Assembly (NCBI GenBank): GCA_964387675.1
Contig: CAYLWL010000002.1
Span: 22,514-86,513 of the forward strand
Reading direction: 5' to 3'
Length of the DNA stretch: 64,000 nucleotides
DNA from: an uncultured Candidatus Saccharibacteria bacterium
Lineage (GTDB): Bacteria; Patescibacteriota; Minisyncoccia; UBA6257; 2-01-FULL-56-20
Made by a program: the position numbers and the translations under genes. The notes beneath the pieces were generated by a model. That model was not told the origin of the DNA and made no database searches. It worked only from the letters and a program-made list of their open reading frames with translations. Positions 1-9,398 of the stretch are shown here, one piece after another. Position 1 is the stretch's first letter; every line of letters begins with the position of its first letter.

Positions 1-377
1 AGCATGCCCAAACGTTTCATTTCCGCTTGGCCGAATTCACGGTCTTCTTCCAGGCGGTCGGTGTATGAGCTTCCGCCCACGACGGCCTTCCCGGCTTTTC
101 TCAATCTGTCGGCTTCGGCTCCGAAGCCGACATCGTCGAACACGATCACATCCGCCCAGTCGATATGGGATTTCCAGTCGGGTACTTTTTCAAGAACTCC
201 GTCATAGACATCGGCGTCGGCTGTCTCCTTGATGTAGGCCCTTACCTCGTGTCCTTCTTTTTTTATCTGCCACGCCAAGTCGCCGCTCAAACTTTCCCAA
301 CTGACGAATAAAAATTTATAAATTTTCTTCTGAACTCCGTTTCCGTTTTTCCCTTTTTCATTCGGCTGCAGCGCCAT
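1..377 (-). CDS. PurD-like ATP-grasp ligase (phosphoribosylamine-glycine ligase family), 5' part, runs off window
   Basis: Manual translation from ATG 377: MALQPNE...KFLFVSWESLSGDLAWQIKKEGHEV...WADVIVFDDVGFG...VVGGSSYTDRLEEDREFGQAEMKRLGM; open to window edge. Confidence 0.65.
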   Translation of the reverse strand, partial: MALQPNEKGKNGNGVQKKIYKFLFVSWESLSGDLAWQIKKEGHEVRAYIKETADADVYDGVLEKVPDWKSHIDWADVIVFDDVGFGAEADRLRKAGKAVVGGSSYTDRLEEDREFGQAEMKRLGM

Positions 378-562
378 GCTTTGTATTATGCACCCAACAC
401 AGATGGAATAGCAACCCTTTTTTCTTTTACAACCCCGTAATCTCTCTCATTCGGGCAAGCATGAGGCAAAGAAGGTTTTATCAAAAGAAAACTTTTCCCG
501 CCAAACATCTTCTGCCTCCGCAAACAAACAGTCCAATATTTTAACGGGCTCGGTAAAATCAC

Positions 563-736
563 TTACGGACTCTTCGCAGAATGCTTTTCCACCATCAGCG
601 GCTTTCCGAATATATCCTCCAATGGGACGAACTCCCTTATTTGCCTCAACGCTAAAAGCGCCTCGTATTCTTTGCGGGGCATAACAACGAGATTATCTCT
701 TTTAGCTAGGTTTTTGGGGATGGTTATCGTATTCAT
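563..736 (-). CDS. small hypothetical protein, antitoxin-like
   Basis: MNTITIPKNLAKRDNLVVMPRKEYEALL resembles the VVxP..EYE motif of Phd-like antitoxins; start placed at ATG 736. Confidence 0.45.
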   Translation of the reverse strand: MNTITIPKNLAKRDNLVVMPRKEYEALLALRQIREFVPLEDIFGKPLMVEKHSAKSP

Positions 737-843
737 CGTATTTTGACGATAGCATGCAAGCTGGCACATCGCAAATTTAAAAACTCTCCGGTCTGTCTCG
801 ACGATAAGAGAATCCAACTCGCCGCGGTTCGAAGATTCTTTAA

Positions 844-917
844 TGGCTCGGGGACAGGGAATCGAACCCCAGTTTCCACGTTCAGAGCGTGGCGTCCTAC
901 CGCTAGACGATCCCCGA
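844..917 (-). tRNA. tRNA-Gln(CTG)
   Basis: Reverse complement folds as a cloverleaf; anticodon arm CCACG-CT-CTG-AA-CGTGG, GGTTCGATTCC T-arm, encoded CCA. Confidence 0.95.
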
Positions 918-965
918 ATAAAGTAGAGAAGCTTTATGCTTCAGGATATATGATATAATGACTTT

Positions 966-2210
966 ATGCGCGATATCAAATCTCTCAAGTCCCTTATGGA
1001 AAATCAGCTCGGACAGCCGTTCGAGAAGATTTCCGTGATCAATCTGGTGGATTTGCTTGTGGAGTACGCCTACAGCACGAAGGCCTCGGATATCCATATT
1101 CCACCCACGAGGGCTGGCTCGAGAATTCGCTTTCGCATCGACGGCCTGCTTCAGGATATTTTCGACAAGTCCAAAATTTCCAACGATCTGCATCAAGAAA
1201 TCATCGCGAGGATCAAAGTGCTGTCCGGTTTGAGGACGGACGAGCACTTTTTGCCGCAGGACGGAAGATTCAGGGTCAAAATCGAAGAGTTCGGCGATGT
1301 GGACATAAGAGTTTCCATCATGCCGACGTACTACGGCGAGAACGTGATCATGAGGGTCTTGGCGGAGAGCCAGAATTTCAAATTGGAGGACATGGGTTTT
1401 TCCCCAAACGACATTAAAAAAGTGGAAAGCGCGATCAGCAAATCCTTCGGGATGATTCTCGCGAACGGCCCCACGGGTTCGGGAAAAACCACCACGCTCT
1501 ACACGATTTTGCGGCGGCTCAACAGCCCGGAGGTCTCCATCATCACCATCGAGGACCCGATAGAGTATTCTCTTGACGGCACCACGCAGATTCAAATCAA
1601 CGAGCAGGTGGGGCTCACCTTCGCGAACGGTCTGCGATCCATTTTGCGCCAGGACCCGAACATCATCATGGTCGGCGAAATCCGCGACGAAGACACCGCG
1701 GCCATCGCCGTGAACGCTGCCCTTACGGGGCACTTGGTGCTCTCCACGCTCCACACGAACGACGCCGCCACCACATTCCCGCGGCTCCTTGATATGGGCG
1801 TGCCGCCGTTCCTCGTTGCTTCCACCGTGAACATCGCGACCGGCCAGCGGCTCGTGAGAACATTGTGCCAGGACTGCAAAACGAAGAGGGCATTGAAAGA
1901 CGAAGAAGTCAAAAGCTTATCGGAGCTTTTGCCGGAAATAGCGAAGATGGGCGAGAAAAACTTTTTCGCTCCGAATCCGAAAGGGTGCGACGCGTGCGGC
2001 CAGAGCGGATATCGGGGAAGGATCGGCATCCGTGAAGTGATCGAGGTGAACGAAGAAATCAGGCAGCTTGTGATGAATCGCGCCAACGCGACTCAGATCA
2101 AAGAAGCGGCGATTCGGAACGGGATGACGACGATGATAGAAGATGGTTTGCAAAAGGCGGCCAAAGGGCTGACTTCGATCGAAGAGATCATACGGATTAT
2201 ACATGAATAA
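966..2210 (+). CDS. pilB: type IV pilus assembly ATPase (PilB/GspE family)
   Basis: ASDIHI, Walker A GPTGSGKTTT, TIEDPIEY, LRQDPNIIMVGEIRD, TGHLVLSTLHTND, CxxC zinc motifs. Confidence 0.92.
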   Translation: MRDIKSLKSLMENQLGQPFEKISVINLVDLLVEYAYSTKASDIHIPPTRAGSRIRFRIDGLLQDIFDKSKISNDLHQEIIARIKVLSGLRTDEHFLPQDGRFRVKIEEFGDVDIRVSIMPTYYGENVIMRVLAESQNFKLEDMGFSPNDIKKVESAISKSFGMILANGPTGSGKTTTLYTILRRLNSPEVSIITIEDPIEYSLDGTTQIQINEQVGLTFANGLRSILRQDPNIIMVGEIRDEDTAAIAVNAALTGHLVLSTLHTNDAATTFPRLLDMGVPPFLVASTVNIATGQRLVRTLCQDCKTKRALKDEEVKSLSELLPEIAKMGEKNFFAPNPKGCDACGQSGYRGRIGIREVIEVNEEIRQLVMNRANATQIKEAAIRNGMTTMIEDGLQKAAKGLTSIEEIIRIIHE

Positions 2211-3285
2211 GCTCAAGCGCTTTCTCATCAGCACGTTCGGGATCGGAGGAGTGCCGATCCAGGAAAAAATCAATTTTGCCCGCCACCTCTCGATCGTCAT
2301 CAAGGCCGGGCTTCCCATCCTCGAGGGCCTGCGTCTCATCAAACGACAGACCGCTTCGCGCGCCGTGGTTTCCGTTATTGATCAGGTGATTGTGGATGTG
2401 GGCAACGGGCAATTCTTGGCAACCAGCTTGTCGAGGTATCCCCATATTTTCGACGACTTTTTCATCAGCATCGTCCGGGTGGGCGAGACGAGCGGAACGC
2501 TGGCGCAGAATTTGGTGTATCTTGCCGATGAACTCAAAAAATCTCATGACTTAAGGAACAAGGTGCGCTCGGCGATGATTTACCCCGTTATCATTATGAT
2601 CGTCACGTCCGGCCTCGTTTCTTTTTTGGTGTTTTTCGCCTTTCCGAAAATTCTGCCCCTGTTCGCGAGTTTGCGGGTTGAATTGCCTGTCACGACCCGC
2701 GTCCTGATCGCTACTACGGCATTTTTCCTCGCGCACGGCGTCTCTGTCGTTGCGGGACTGGTCGCTTTCTTTGTGGCCCTTAGAATTCTACTGATACTTC
2801 GTCCCACGAAAATGATTTCCGACCGCCTACTCATCGCCACGCCCATCTTTTCCAAGATCATCATTGACGTGAACATGGCAAATTTCACGAGGGTGCTTTC
2901 GGTTCTACTGAAGGGCGGGATCAAGATCGTGGAAGCGGTGACCATCACCTCGCAAACGTTCAATAATCTTGTGTATCGCAGGGAGCTTGCCCGGGCCGCG
3001 GAAGGCATTCAAAAAGGGGATCAGTTGGCGAAGTATCTTGCCCATGATAAAAACATTTTCCCGATGTTGCTTTCGGGTCTCATCGAGATCGGAGAAAATA
3101 CGGGGAACTTGGAGGACAACCTGACATATTTGTCCGATTACTATCGCGAAGAGGCGGAACAGAGCATCAATACTTTAACCGCGCTTATCGAGCCCCTGCT
3201 TTTGCTCCTTATGGGAATGGTGGTGGGATTCGTCGCCATTTCAATCATTTCTCCCATCTATCAGATTACCCAAGGAGTGAGATGA
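2203..3285 (+). CDS. pilC: type IV pilus inner-membrane platform protein (PilC/GspF)
   Basis: Two GspF repeats (GETSGTL, GENTGNL), AMIYP, EPLLLL transmembrane pattern; overlaps pilB. Confidence 0.92.
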   Translation: MNKLKRFLISTFGIGGVPIQEKINFARHLSIVIKAGLPILEGLRLIKRQTASRAVVSVIDQVIVDVGNGQFLATSLSRYPHIFDDFFISIVRVGETSGTLAQNLVYLADELKKSHDLRNKVRSAMIYPVIIMIVTSGLVSFLVFFAFPKILPLFASLRVELPVTTRVLIATTAFFLAHGVSVVAGLVAFFVALRILLILRPTKMISDRLLIATPIFSKIIIDVNMANFTRVLSVLLKGGIKIVEAVTITSQTFNNLVYRRELARAAEGIQKGDQLAKYLAHDKNIFPMLLSGLIEIGENTGNLEDNLTYLSDYYREEAEQSINTLTALIEPLLLLLMGMVVGFVAISIISPIYQITQGVR

Positions 3286-3743
3286 CGTTCGCTCGAAATA
3301 TCGAAATTTCGAAATATCGAGATGGTTTCACTTTGACGGAGGTTTTGATCGTTGTCGGGATCCTCGCGGTTGTTTTTGCCTTTGCGATCGGCGTCGGCAT
3401 CAATTTCTACGGCGGCCAAGCCGTTGTTTCGGAACGCGACACGCTCGTGAACGTGCTCCGGGCCGCGCGCGGCCGCGCCTTGAACAATTTCGACGAATCG
3501 AGCCACGGCGTTTTTATTGCCGCCGCGCAATACGTCCTTTTCGAGGGCAATTCGTACGCCAGCCGCAACCAGGATTTCGACTCCGTATTTCCGAGAGGGA
3601 AGGGGCTCACGATGAGCGGATTGTCGGAAGTCGTTTTCAACGCGCCGCAAGGCGACGCGAACGCTTCCGGCACCATAACCCTGTCGAACGACCTTGGCAA
3701 TGCTAAAATTAATATCAACAATGAAGGAAGAATTGATTGGTAA
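3282..3743 (+). CDS. type IV pilin / pseudopilin
   Basis: Prepilin motif DGFTLTEVLIVVGIL. Confidence 0.85.
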   Translation: MTFARNIEISKYRDGFTLTEVLIVVGILAVVFAFAIGVGINFYGGQAVVSERDTLVNVLRAARGRALNNFDESSHGVFIAAAQYVLFEGNSYASRNQDFDSVFPRGKGLTMSGLSEVVFNAPQGDANASGTITLSNDLGNAKININNEGRIDW

Positions 3744-3748
3744 ATTAT

Positions 3749-4188
3749 TAGAATCTAGAATCTAGAAAATAGAAAGTAGAATTATGAGTAATACAAAATC
3801 TTTTAAAGATTTAATTGTATGGCAGAAAGCGCGGAGTTTGGCGGTTGCGGTATATAAACTTTCTGAACAATTTCCTAACGTAGAGCTATATGGCCTAACA
3901 AGTCAAATGCGTCGCGCGGCCATTTCCATTTCTTCCAACATCGCCGAAAGTTACCACCGTTTTCATAGAAAAGAAAAACAGCAGTTTCTTTCTATCGCTT
4001 TTGGCTCCGGCTCGGAACTAGAAAGCCAAATAGAAATCGCCAAAGTTTTATTTCCAAAGCTGGATTATCGAGAAAGTGAAGAATTATTGTTGGAGGTTAT
4101 GAAAATACTAAATAATTTTCTACAATGATCAAAATCGAAAAATTAAAAATAGTTCTTCTACTTTCTATTTTCTATTTTCTACCTTCTC
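3749..4188. mobile_element. heptamer-arm element carrying a four-helix-bundle gene (TAGAAN type)
   Basis: Left arm tagaatc-tagaatc-tagaaaa-tagaaag-tagaatt (3749-3783); inverted right arm tcttcta-ctttcta-ttttcta-ttttcta-ccttctc (4154-4188); mobility is inferred. Confidence 0.6.
3784..4128 (+). CDS. four-helix-bundle protein (23S rRNA intervening-sequence protein / Avd-like family)
   Basis: FKDLIVWQKA...FP..ELYGLTSQMRRAAISISSNIAES...GS.SELESQ signature. Confidence 0.9.
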   Translation: MSNTKSFKDLIVWQKARSLAVAVYKLSEQFPNVELYGLTSQMRRAAISISSNIAESYHRFHRKEKQQFLSIAFGSGSELESQIEIAKVLFPKLDYRESEELLLEVMKILNNFLQ

Positions 4189-5558
4189 GTAAGCGGGGGC
4201 AGTCCACGATTGAGATTTTGATCGCGGTGACGATTCTGACCGCGGTTTTGACGAGCGCCGCCGCGCTCATTTTCGGCAGCCAATCGCTCTCGGTTGATTC
4301 CGCGGAAAGTAATCAGGCATTGCGTCTCGCCGAACAGGGCTTGGAGGGCGTCAAAAATCAGGCCAGATACGACTTCCTCAACATCGTTTCGAGCACCGTG
4401 ACGCAGGGTGAGTTCACGAAAAACATCATTGTCTCGAATGTAGGCGCGAACACGAAGCAAGTGGTAAGCCGCGTTACGTGGAGCACCGATCCGCAGAGAA
4501 CCCAGCAAGTCGAACTCGTGACGCTTGTGACGGATTGGCGCGGCGTGCAGGACACCGGCGGAGACACGGGGAGCGGCGGCGGTGGCGGCGGCGCTTCTGG
4601 CGACTGGTGCAATCCCGCAACCCTCGGCACGATCGATTTGGGATCGGGTGAGTCGGCGACGGGCATCGATGTGATCGCAACAACGACCTATATGACGGCA
4701 GTCGCTTCCTCCCCGAGCAAGAAGGACTTTTTCATCGTTGATGTTTCCAATTCCAGCACTCCTTCCATTATCGGGTCCATAGACACCGGGCCGGGACTCA
4801 ATGCTCTGGACGTGACGGCAAACTACGCTTATGTCGCGAGCGACGACAGCTCCAAGCAATTCCAAGCCATCGACGTCAGCAACAAGACCAGCCCGGTTCT
4901 CGTTGCATCCACCACTCTTACGAGCAATTCCGCCGTTGGACGGAGTATTTTTTACCATAATCAAAAAGTATATATCGGCACGGACGACAATAGTGGAAAC
5001 GAATTCCAGATTATCGACGTGGCCACTCCCGCAACCCCCGTGATTTTGGGAAGAGCTTCTTTGGATGAAGATGTGAATTCCATTTACGTGAGCGGGAACA
5101 AGGCATATCTTGCAACATCCGATACGTCGAAAGACGTGCAGATTTTCGATGTGTCGACTTCATCCGCGCCCGCGCTTCTTGGCACGTATGACATTTCGGG
5201 TGCCGGAGAAACGAAATGGCTGTATGTGGTTGGCACGAAAATGTATGTGGGCAGAGAAACCGGAGGAGATGAACTTTATGTATTGGATATTACGAATGCC
5301 ACTTCGGTGTCGGTGTTGGGCCATAAGGCGATCGGCAAAACGGTGAACGCGATTACAGTGCGCGGCAATTACGCGTTCCTTGCCACCTCCGACCCGAACA
5401 ACGAGCTCAAGATATTCGACGTTTCCAATCTTTCAAATATCACTTCCTGCAGTAACTTCAACTTTCCCAACATCGCGACCGCCGTCGATTTCGACGCCAA
5501 TCTGGTGTACACCGCCGTGCGATCGAACGACGGCCTGCGCATCGTGACATCGCAATAA
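4125..5558 (+). CDS. minor pilin / tip adhesin with C-terminal LVIVD-like repeats
   Basis: Prepilin-like RGQSTIEILIAV; Gly linker; repeated V.GNYAY(V/L)A...I.DVS..P.L.G units. Confidence 0.8.
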   Translation: MIKIEKLKIVLLLSIFYFLPSRKRGQSTIEILIAVTILTAVLTSAAALIFGSQSLSVDSAESNQALRLAEQGLEGVKNQARYDFLNIVSSTVTQGEFTKNIIVSNVGANTKQVVSRVTWSTDPQRTQQVELVTLVTDWRGVQDTGGDTGSGGGGGGASGDWCNPATLGTIDLGSGESATGIDVIATTTYMTAVASSPSKKDFFIVDVSNSSTPSIIGSIDTGPGLNALDVTANYAYVASDDSSKQFQAIDVSNKTSPVLVASTTLTSNSAVGRSIFYHNQKVYIGTDDNSGNEFQIIDVATPATPVILGRASLDEDVNSIYVSGNKAYLATSDTSKDVQIFDVSTSSAPALLGTYDISGAGETKWLYVVGTKMYVGRETGGDELYVLDITNATSVSVLGHKAIGKTVNAITVRGNYAFLATSDPNNELKIFDVSNLSNITSCSNFNFPNIATAVDFDANLVYTAVRSNDGLRIVTSQ

Positions 5559-5561
5559 AAT

Positions 5562-5667
5562 TAGAATTTAGTAGCTAGTATCTAGAAACTAGAATGCGAG
5601 AAATAACCAACGCAAACGCAATTTATGAATAAAATACTAGATTCTAGATTCCAGATTCTAGATTCTC
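5562..5667. repeat. empty heptamer inverted-repeat hairpin (TAGAAN type) around a pilin start codon
   Basis: 5 TAG units at 5562-5596; 5 GATTCTA-like units at 5633-5667; ATG 5625 lies in the loop. Confidence 0.85.
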
Positions 5668-6155
5668 GCAGAGGGTTTACCTTGATGGAGACCTTGATTT
5701 ACATCGCTCTTTTTTCCGTCATTACGAGCTATGTCCTTGGCGTGTTCTATCAACTCCTCGGCAGCCGCAACCAAAATCGCGACAGGACGGAAGTTGACGC
5801 GGAAGCGAACTTTCTCATGCAGAAACTGCGGTGGGCAATGAGCGGCGTCCAAACCGTCAACCAGCCGGCGACAGGCGCCACTTCGACGACGCTATCGGTC
5901 ACAAAGTACAATTTCGCGCAGAACCCGATCGTATTCGACCTTGATTCCAGTACCCTCCGAATGGCAAAGGGTGGGGGAGCGGCGGTAATTTTAAACAATA
6001 GCCGCGTGGGAGTGGGCCAGCTGACATTCGAGCGCCTGGCTCCGGTGAGTAACGCTCCGGAAGGAGTTACCATAACATTGTCGGTATCGTCCCTTGATGT
6101 TGAGCGGCCGGTCGTCGCTTCCACCACTATCGTGGACACCATTTATTTAAGGTAA
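5625..6155 (+). CDS. type IV minor pilin
   Basis: RRGFTLMETLIYIALF prepilin motif. Confidence 0.85.
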   Translation: MNKILDSRFQILDSRRGFTLMETLIYIALFSVITSYVLGVFYQLLGSRNQNRDRTEVDAEANFLMQKLRWAMSGVQTVNQPATGATSTTLSVTKYNFAQNPIVFDLDSSTLRMAKGGGAAVILNNSRVGVGQLTFERLAPVSNAPEGVTITLSVSSLDVERPVVASTTIVDTIYLR

Positions 6156-6160
6156 TAAGC

Positions 6161-6271
6161 TAGCTTTTAGGTGTTAGCTGTTAGGTTTTAGAAAACAAAT
6201 AAATAAAATGAGAGAAAAGTTCTATCATATCGGCAACCTACTAAAAGCTATAAGCTATAAGCTAAAAGCCC
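6161..6271. repeat. empty heptamer hairpin (TAGCTTT/AAAGCTA type)
   Basis: tagcttt-taggtgt-tagctgt-taggttt-tag versus cta-aaagcta-taagcta-taagcta-aaagc; ATG 6208 lies in the loop. Confidence 0.85.
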
Positions 6272-6648
6272 GGGTTGGCTACATCGGCATCGTGTCGGCG
6301 CTTATCATATCGGCCGTTGTGGTTCTGATTATGGTCGCGGTGGGGCAGATTTCGTTCTTGAACCGCATCAACATTTCCGACACCCACTTAAAAAAGAAAA
6401 GCCGGGCGCTCGCGGAGGGGTGCGTCGACACAGCGCTCTTGAAGCTCGCGTCGAACGCTTCCTACGCCGGCAACGAAACCATCACTGTTGCGAGCGATAC
6501 ATGCAAAATCGTTTCCGTGGTTTCGTCGAGTACGGGAAAGATCATTTCTGCCCAGGGCAAGTTCCTCGGCGCGGTGACGGATGTCAAGGCGACCGTTGAC
6601 ACCAACACCTTCTCGATCGTGGGCTGGGAAGAGGTGAGGAGTTTTTGA
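6208..6648 (+). CDS. PilX-like minor pilin
   Basis: G-Y-hydrophobic N-terminal helix lacking E5, ALAEGC.D.AL motif, inside the pilin cluster. Confidence 0.65.
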   Translation: MREKFYHIGNLLKAISYKLKARVGYIGIVSALIISAVVVLIMVAVGQISFLNRINISDTHLKKKSRALAEGCVDTALLKLASNASYAGNETITVASDTCKIVSVVSSSTGKIISAQGKFLGAVTDVKATVDTNTFSIVGWEEVRSF

Positions 6649-6649
6649 T

Positions 6650-6746
6650 TAGAAAGTAGAATTTAGAAAATAGAAAGTAGAATCTGGAAAACTATGAAAA
6701 ATTTAAAAACAACTTCTATTTTCTATTTTCTAGATTCTAGATTCTC
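6650..6746. repeat. empty heptamer hairpin (TAGAAN type)
   Basis: 6 units at 6650-6691 and 5 inverted units at 6712-6746; ATG 6694 lies in the loop. Confidence 0.85.
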
Positions 6747-7191
6747 GAATAAGGGTTTCACTTTGATAGAGGTCGTCATATCGGTGGCAATCATTACGCT
6801 CCTTACGGTTGCTGCCATTGTTATTCTCGATCCCGCTCGGCAGTTTGCCAAATCGAGAAACACACAGCGCTGGTCGGATGTGAATGTGATTTTGAATGCG
6901 GTTGGGCAAAACACCGTTGACAACCGCGGAACTTTTTCGTGCAGTTCCGGCGGGATTCCCACGACTACGACGAGGATGGCGTCCAGCAGTCCGAACTACA
7001 ATATCGCGCCGTGCCTTGTAGCGACCTATTTAAGCGCCTTGCCGTTCGATCCGGCAACGAGCGGCGCGAAGTGGACGAGCGTAACCGATTACGACACCGC
7101 TTATAACATCCTGCGAAACGCCACAACCGGCCGCGTGACGATTTCCGCTCCGGCGGCCGAACTTGGGGAGAGCGTTACGGTCACGAGGTAG
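6694..7191 (+). CDS. type IV pilin
   Basis: KGFTLIEVVISVAII; P..QF..SRNTQR.SDV..I motif. Confidence 0.88.
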   Translation: MKNLKTTSIFYFLDSRFSNKGFTLIEVVISVAIITLLTVAAIVILDPARQFAKSRNTQRWSDVNVILNAVGQNTVDNRGTFSCSSGGIPTTTTRMASSSPNYNIAPCLVATYLSALPFDPATSGAKWTSVTDYDTAYNILRNATTGRVTISAPAAELGESVTVTR

Positions 7192-7195
7192 GGTC

Positions 7196-7353
7196 GGTGC
7201 GCTCCGCGCCGTCCTTTCGGAAACAGCATAATTTTCTTCCAGCGAGAAAATTTGCTTCGCTCTTGGTCCGCCAGGTCCGATTGTCCGATTACAATCGGAC
7301 CACCAAGCTGGCGGACCTCCGAGATGTTCCTCAAGAACGGCGCGGAGCGCACC
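7196..7353. other. multibranch stem-loop structure downstream of the pilin operon
   Basis: Perfect 17-bp closing helix GGTGCGCTCCGCGCCGT/ACGGCGCGGAGCGCACC with two internal hairpins. Confidence 0.65.
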
Positions 7354-7411
7354 ATGCCTATCGCTTACATGTGGATTGATTATTGAGGTCTAACAAAAAA
7401 TGAAATGTTTC

Positions 7412-9328
7412 TTAGACCGAGGCGTATTTGTCGCTCGGTGAGACCTCTATCGCGTCCCACTTATCTTTGAGCGCTGCCACCTTGCCGGGGTTTGCCAAAG
7501 TCACCGAGAGAAGGATTTTCGTAAGGTTGCTGTCTGTTCGCGTAAACTTTGAACTAAAATCATTTATTTCCTCGCTCAGGAGATGAGCAAGTTCGTGGAG
7601 ATAGGTTTTCGCTGCTTCTAAAAACGGCCCGGCAAGCAAACTTTGATTGATGAAAATATCGCTTCCGCCGATCGCCGTAAATCCGTGGAGTCCTATTTCT
7701 CCTTCTAGGCCCTTCAGTTTCAGAACTTTTCTGGCGGATACTTTCGGGGCGACTTCCTGAAGGCGGAGGATAAACTCCTCGGCTTCAAATACGCCCATGG
7801 CCTGTTCTAAAAGTTTTGGATCGATCGTTCGGCCGTCGAGGAGATGCCATATTTCTTCGAGCACTTTTATCCGCTCTTGTTCCGGAGCGTTTAATTCCAC
7901 GTTTTCTGCCGTATCGACAAGCCCCACTATTTTTTCCCGCGCGAGCGGCATACCAAGCTGGTTCAGTTCCGGTATACATATGGTAAACCCCGCACTCTTC
8001 AGAACCTCTTCATAGCCATTCAAGCGGCTCGAGTAAGCACCTGCCGCATCACGAGCAACGCACATTCCCCAGAATTTTTCAGGAATCCTTGGGGACGAGG
8101 AAGTTGCTCGCATTCCAAATAACAGCTTCTTTACGATTTTTTTGACGAGCAGTAAGGCCGGTTTTTTCGCTTCCTCATAAGGCACATCTTCCCAGTAATC
8201 TTTGAGTTTTTCTAATACATTCCTGGCTTGTTCGTCGGTCATTTCTTTAACAAGCGGCGCCAGCACGTTTTCATCAAATTCCCCGGCTTCGCAGTAACTT
8301 CGATCCCTTCGCTTTTGCAAGGCCTTTCTGTTTGTCCAGATAGTCATTCCTTCAACTTGGTGCGACCAGCCATCGTGCTTTCCGTATTCATATCTTTGTC
8401 CCGAGATATAAAGATTGCCCTTTCCTCCTTTCGGCAAAAGCTCAAATCCGCCGAAGTCAGATTCAAACGTGGGGTTTTGGAAATCTTCGTTCGTGGAGCT
8501 GTAAAAGAAATCTTTCATTAAAGAGAAGTCCTCATCAAGTTTCAAAATTTCCAACGCTTCATCCGGGAGATCATCTTCATACCAATGCCAAAAGGAAGAC
8601 GGAATCGCGAATTTTAAGTAGTTGCCGGGGAATGGTTCTCGCGTAAATTTCGCGCGGACGTGAAGTCCCTGAACTTTATCTGGATAATCTTCTTCTGGCA
8701 GAGAATCCAGATAATAAATCATTTTCCAGTGGCCTGAGCCGAGCTCCACGTTATCGGTTAACCTGTTTTGCAAAAGCAGGAAGGCGGCTATTTTTACCCC
8801 CTCGCCGAATTCACCGGCGGCTTCGGGGTCATCAAACTTTGTTGTTCCTCCATGATGGATCAAATAGCGGTGATCGTATTCTGCCGGAGAGGTGATTACA
8901 AACTCGCGATACTCCCTGCCGTCAATTTGCGCGGTTCTTTCTTCGGACTTAACACCGTCGAGTGTCGGTCTCCCGGCATAAGCCGCCATGCCGTCATAAA
9001 AGTTTTGAAAAATATCCCGGAGCAGTTTTGTGTTTGACCACCCGATCATCTGGGTCTCAAGAGGACCGATGTATCTGCCACCCTCCAGTGCCTTGAGAAG
9101 TGCCGCGATAACTTCGGGATTGGATTTTTTCCGGGTTACAATTCCATACTCTTTTGCCAGTTGGTATGCGGCGTCTATGTCTTCTTTGGAGTAATTGCTC
9201 GGCCACTTCGGGTCGTCCAAAAACTTTCTTACCCGCTCAATTTCTTCGAGCGCCTCGCTTTCGGTTAATGGCTCCTGGTATGGCCCCTCGTCAGGTATGG
9301 TGAAAGATTCTTTCCGTGGTTTAGGCAT
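7412..9328 (-). CDS. GHKL-like ATPase with a C-terminal HEXXH motif
   Basis: LRDIFQNFYD and GEFGEGVK Bergerat-like motifs; YLHELAH near the C-terminus. Confidence 0.6.
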   Translation of the reverse strand: MPKPRKESFTIPDEGPYQEPLTESEALEEIERVRKFLDDPKWPSNYSKEDIDAAYQLAKEYGIVTRKKSNPEVIAALLKALEGGRYIGPLETQMIGWSNTKLLRDIFQNFYDGMAAYAGRPTLDGVKSEERTAQIDGREYREFVITSPAEYDHRYLIHHGGTTKFDDPEAAGEFGEGVKIAAFLLLQNRLTDNVELGSGHWKMIYYLDSLPEEDYPDKVQGLHVRAKFTREPFPGNYLKFAIPSSFWHWYEDDLPDEALEILKLDEDFSLMKDFFYSSTNEDFQNPTFESDFGGFELLPKGGKGNLYISGQRYEYGKHDGWSHQVEGMTIWTNRKALQKRRDRSYCEAGEFDENVLAPLVKEMTDEQARNVLEKLKDYWEDVPYEEAKKPALLLVKKIVKKLLFGMRATSSSPRIPEKFWGMCVARDAAGAYSSRLNGYEEVLKSAGFTICIPELNQLGMPLAREKIVGLVDTAENVELNAPEQERIKVLEEIWHLLDGRTIDPKLLEQAMGVFEAEEFILRLQEVAPKVSARKVLKLKGLEGEIGLHGFTAIGGSDIFINQSLLAGPFLEAAKTYLHELAHLLSEEINDFSSKFTRTDSNLTKILLSVTLANPGKVAALKDKWDAIEVSPSDKYASV

Positions 9329-9398
9329 GGTATTGAAATTATTTTATCTCTAATTCTTCCACTAAGGCAACTTCTGATGGAACTGCCCTTCGACGGGC

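Noticed and set aside
793-820. Degenerate echo of the tRNA-Gln 3' end (possible att site)
   Set aside because: Only about 19 of 27 positions match with a gap, and no integrase is visible in the window.
4555-4602. GGC triplet repeat
   Set aside because: Ordinary Gly-rich linker in the pilin adhesin.
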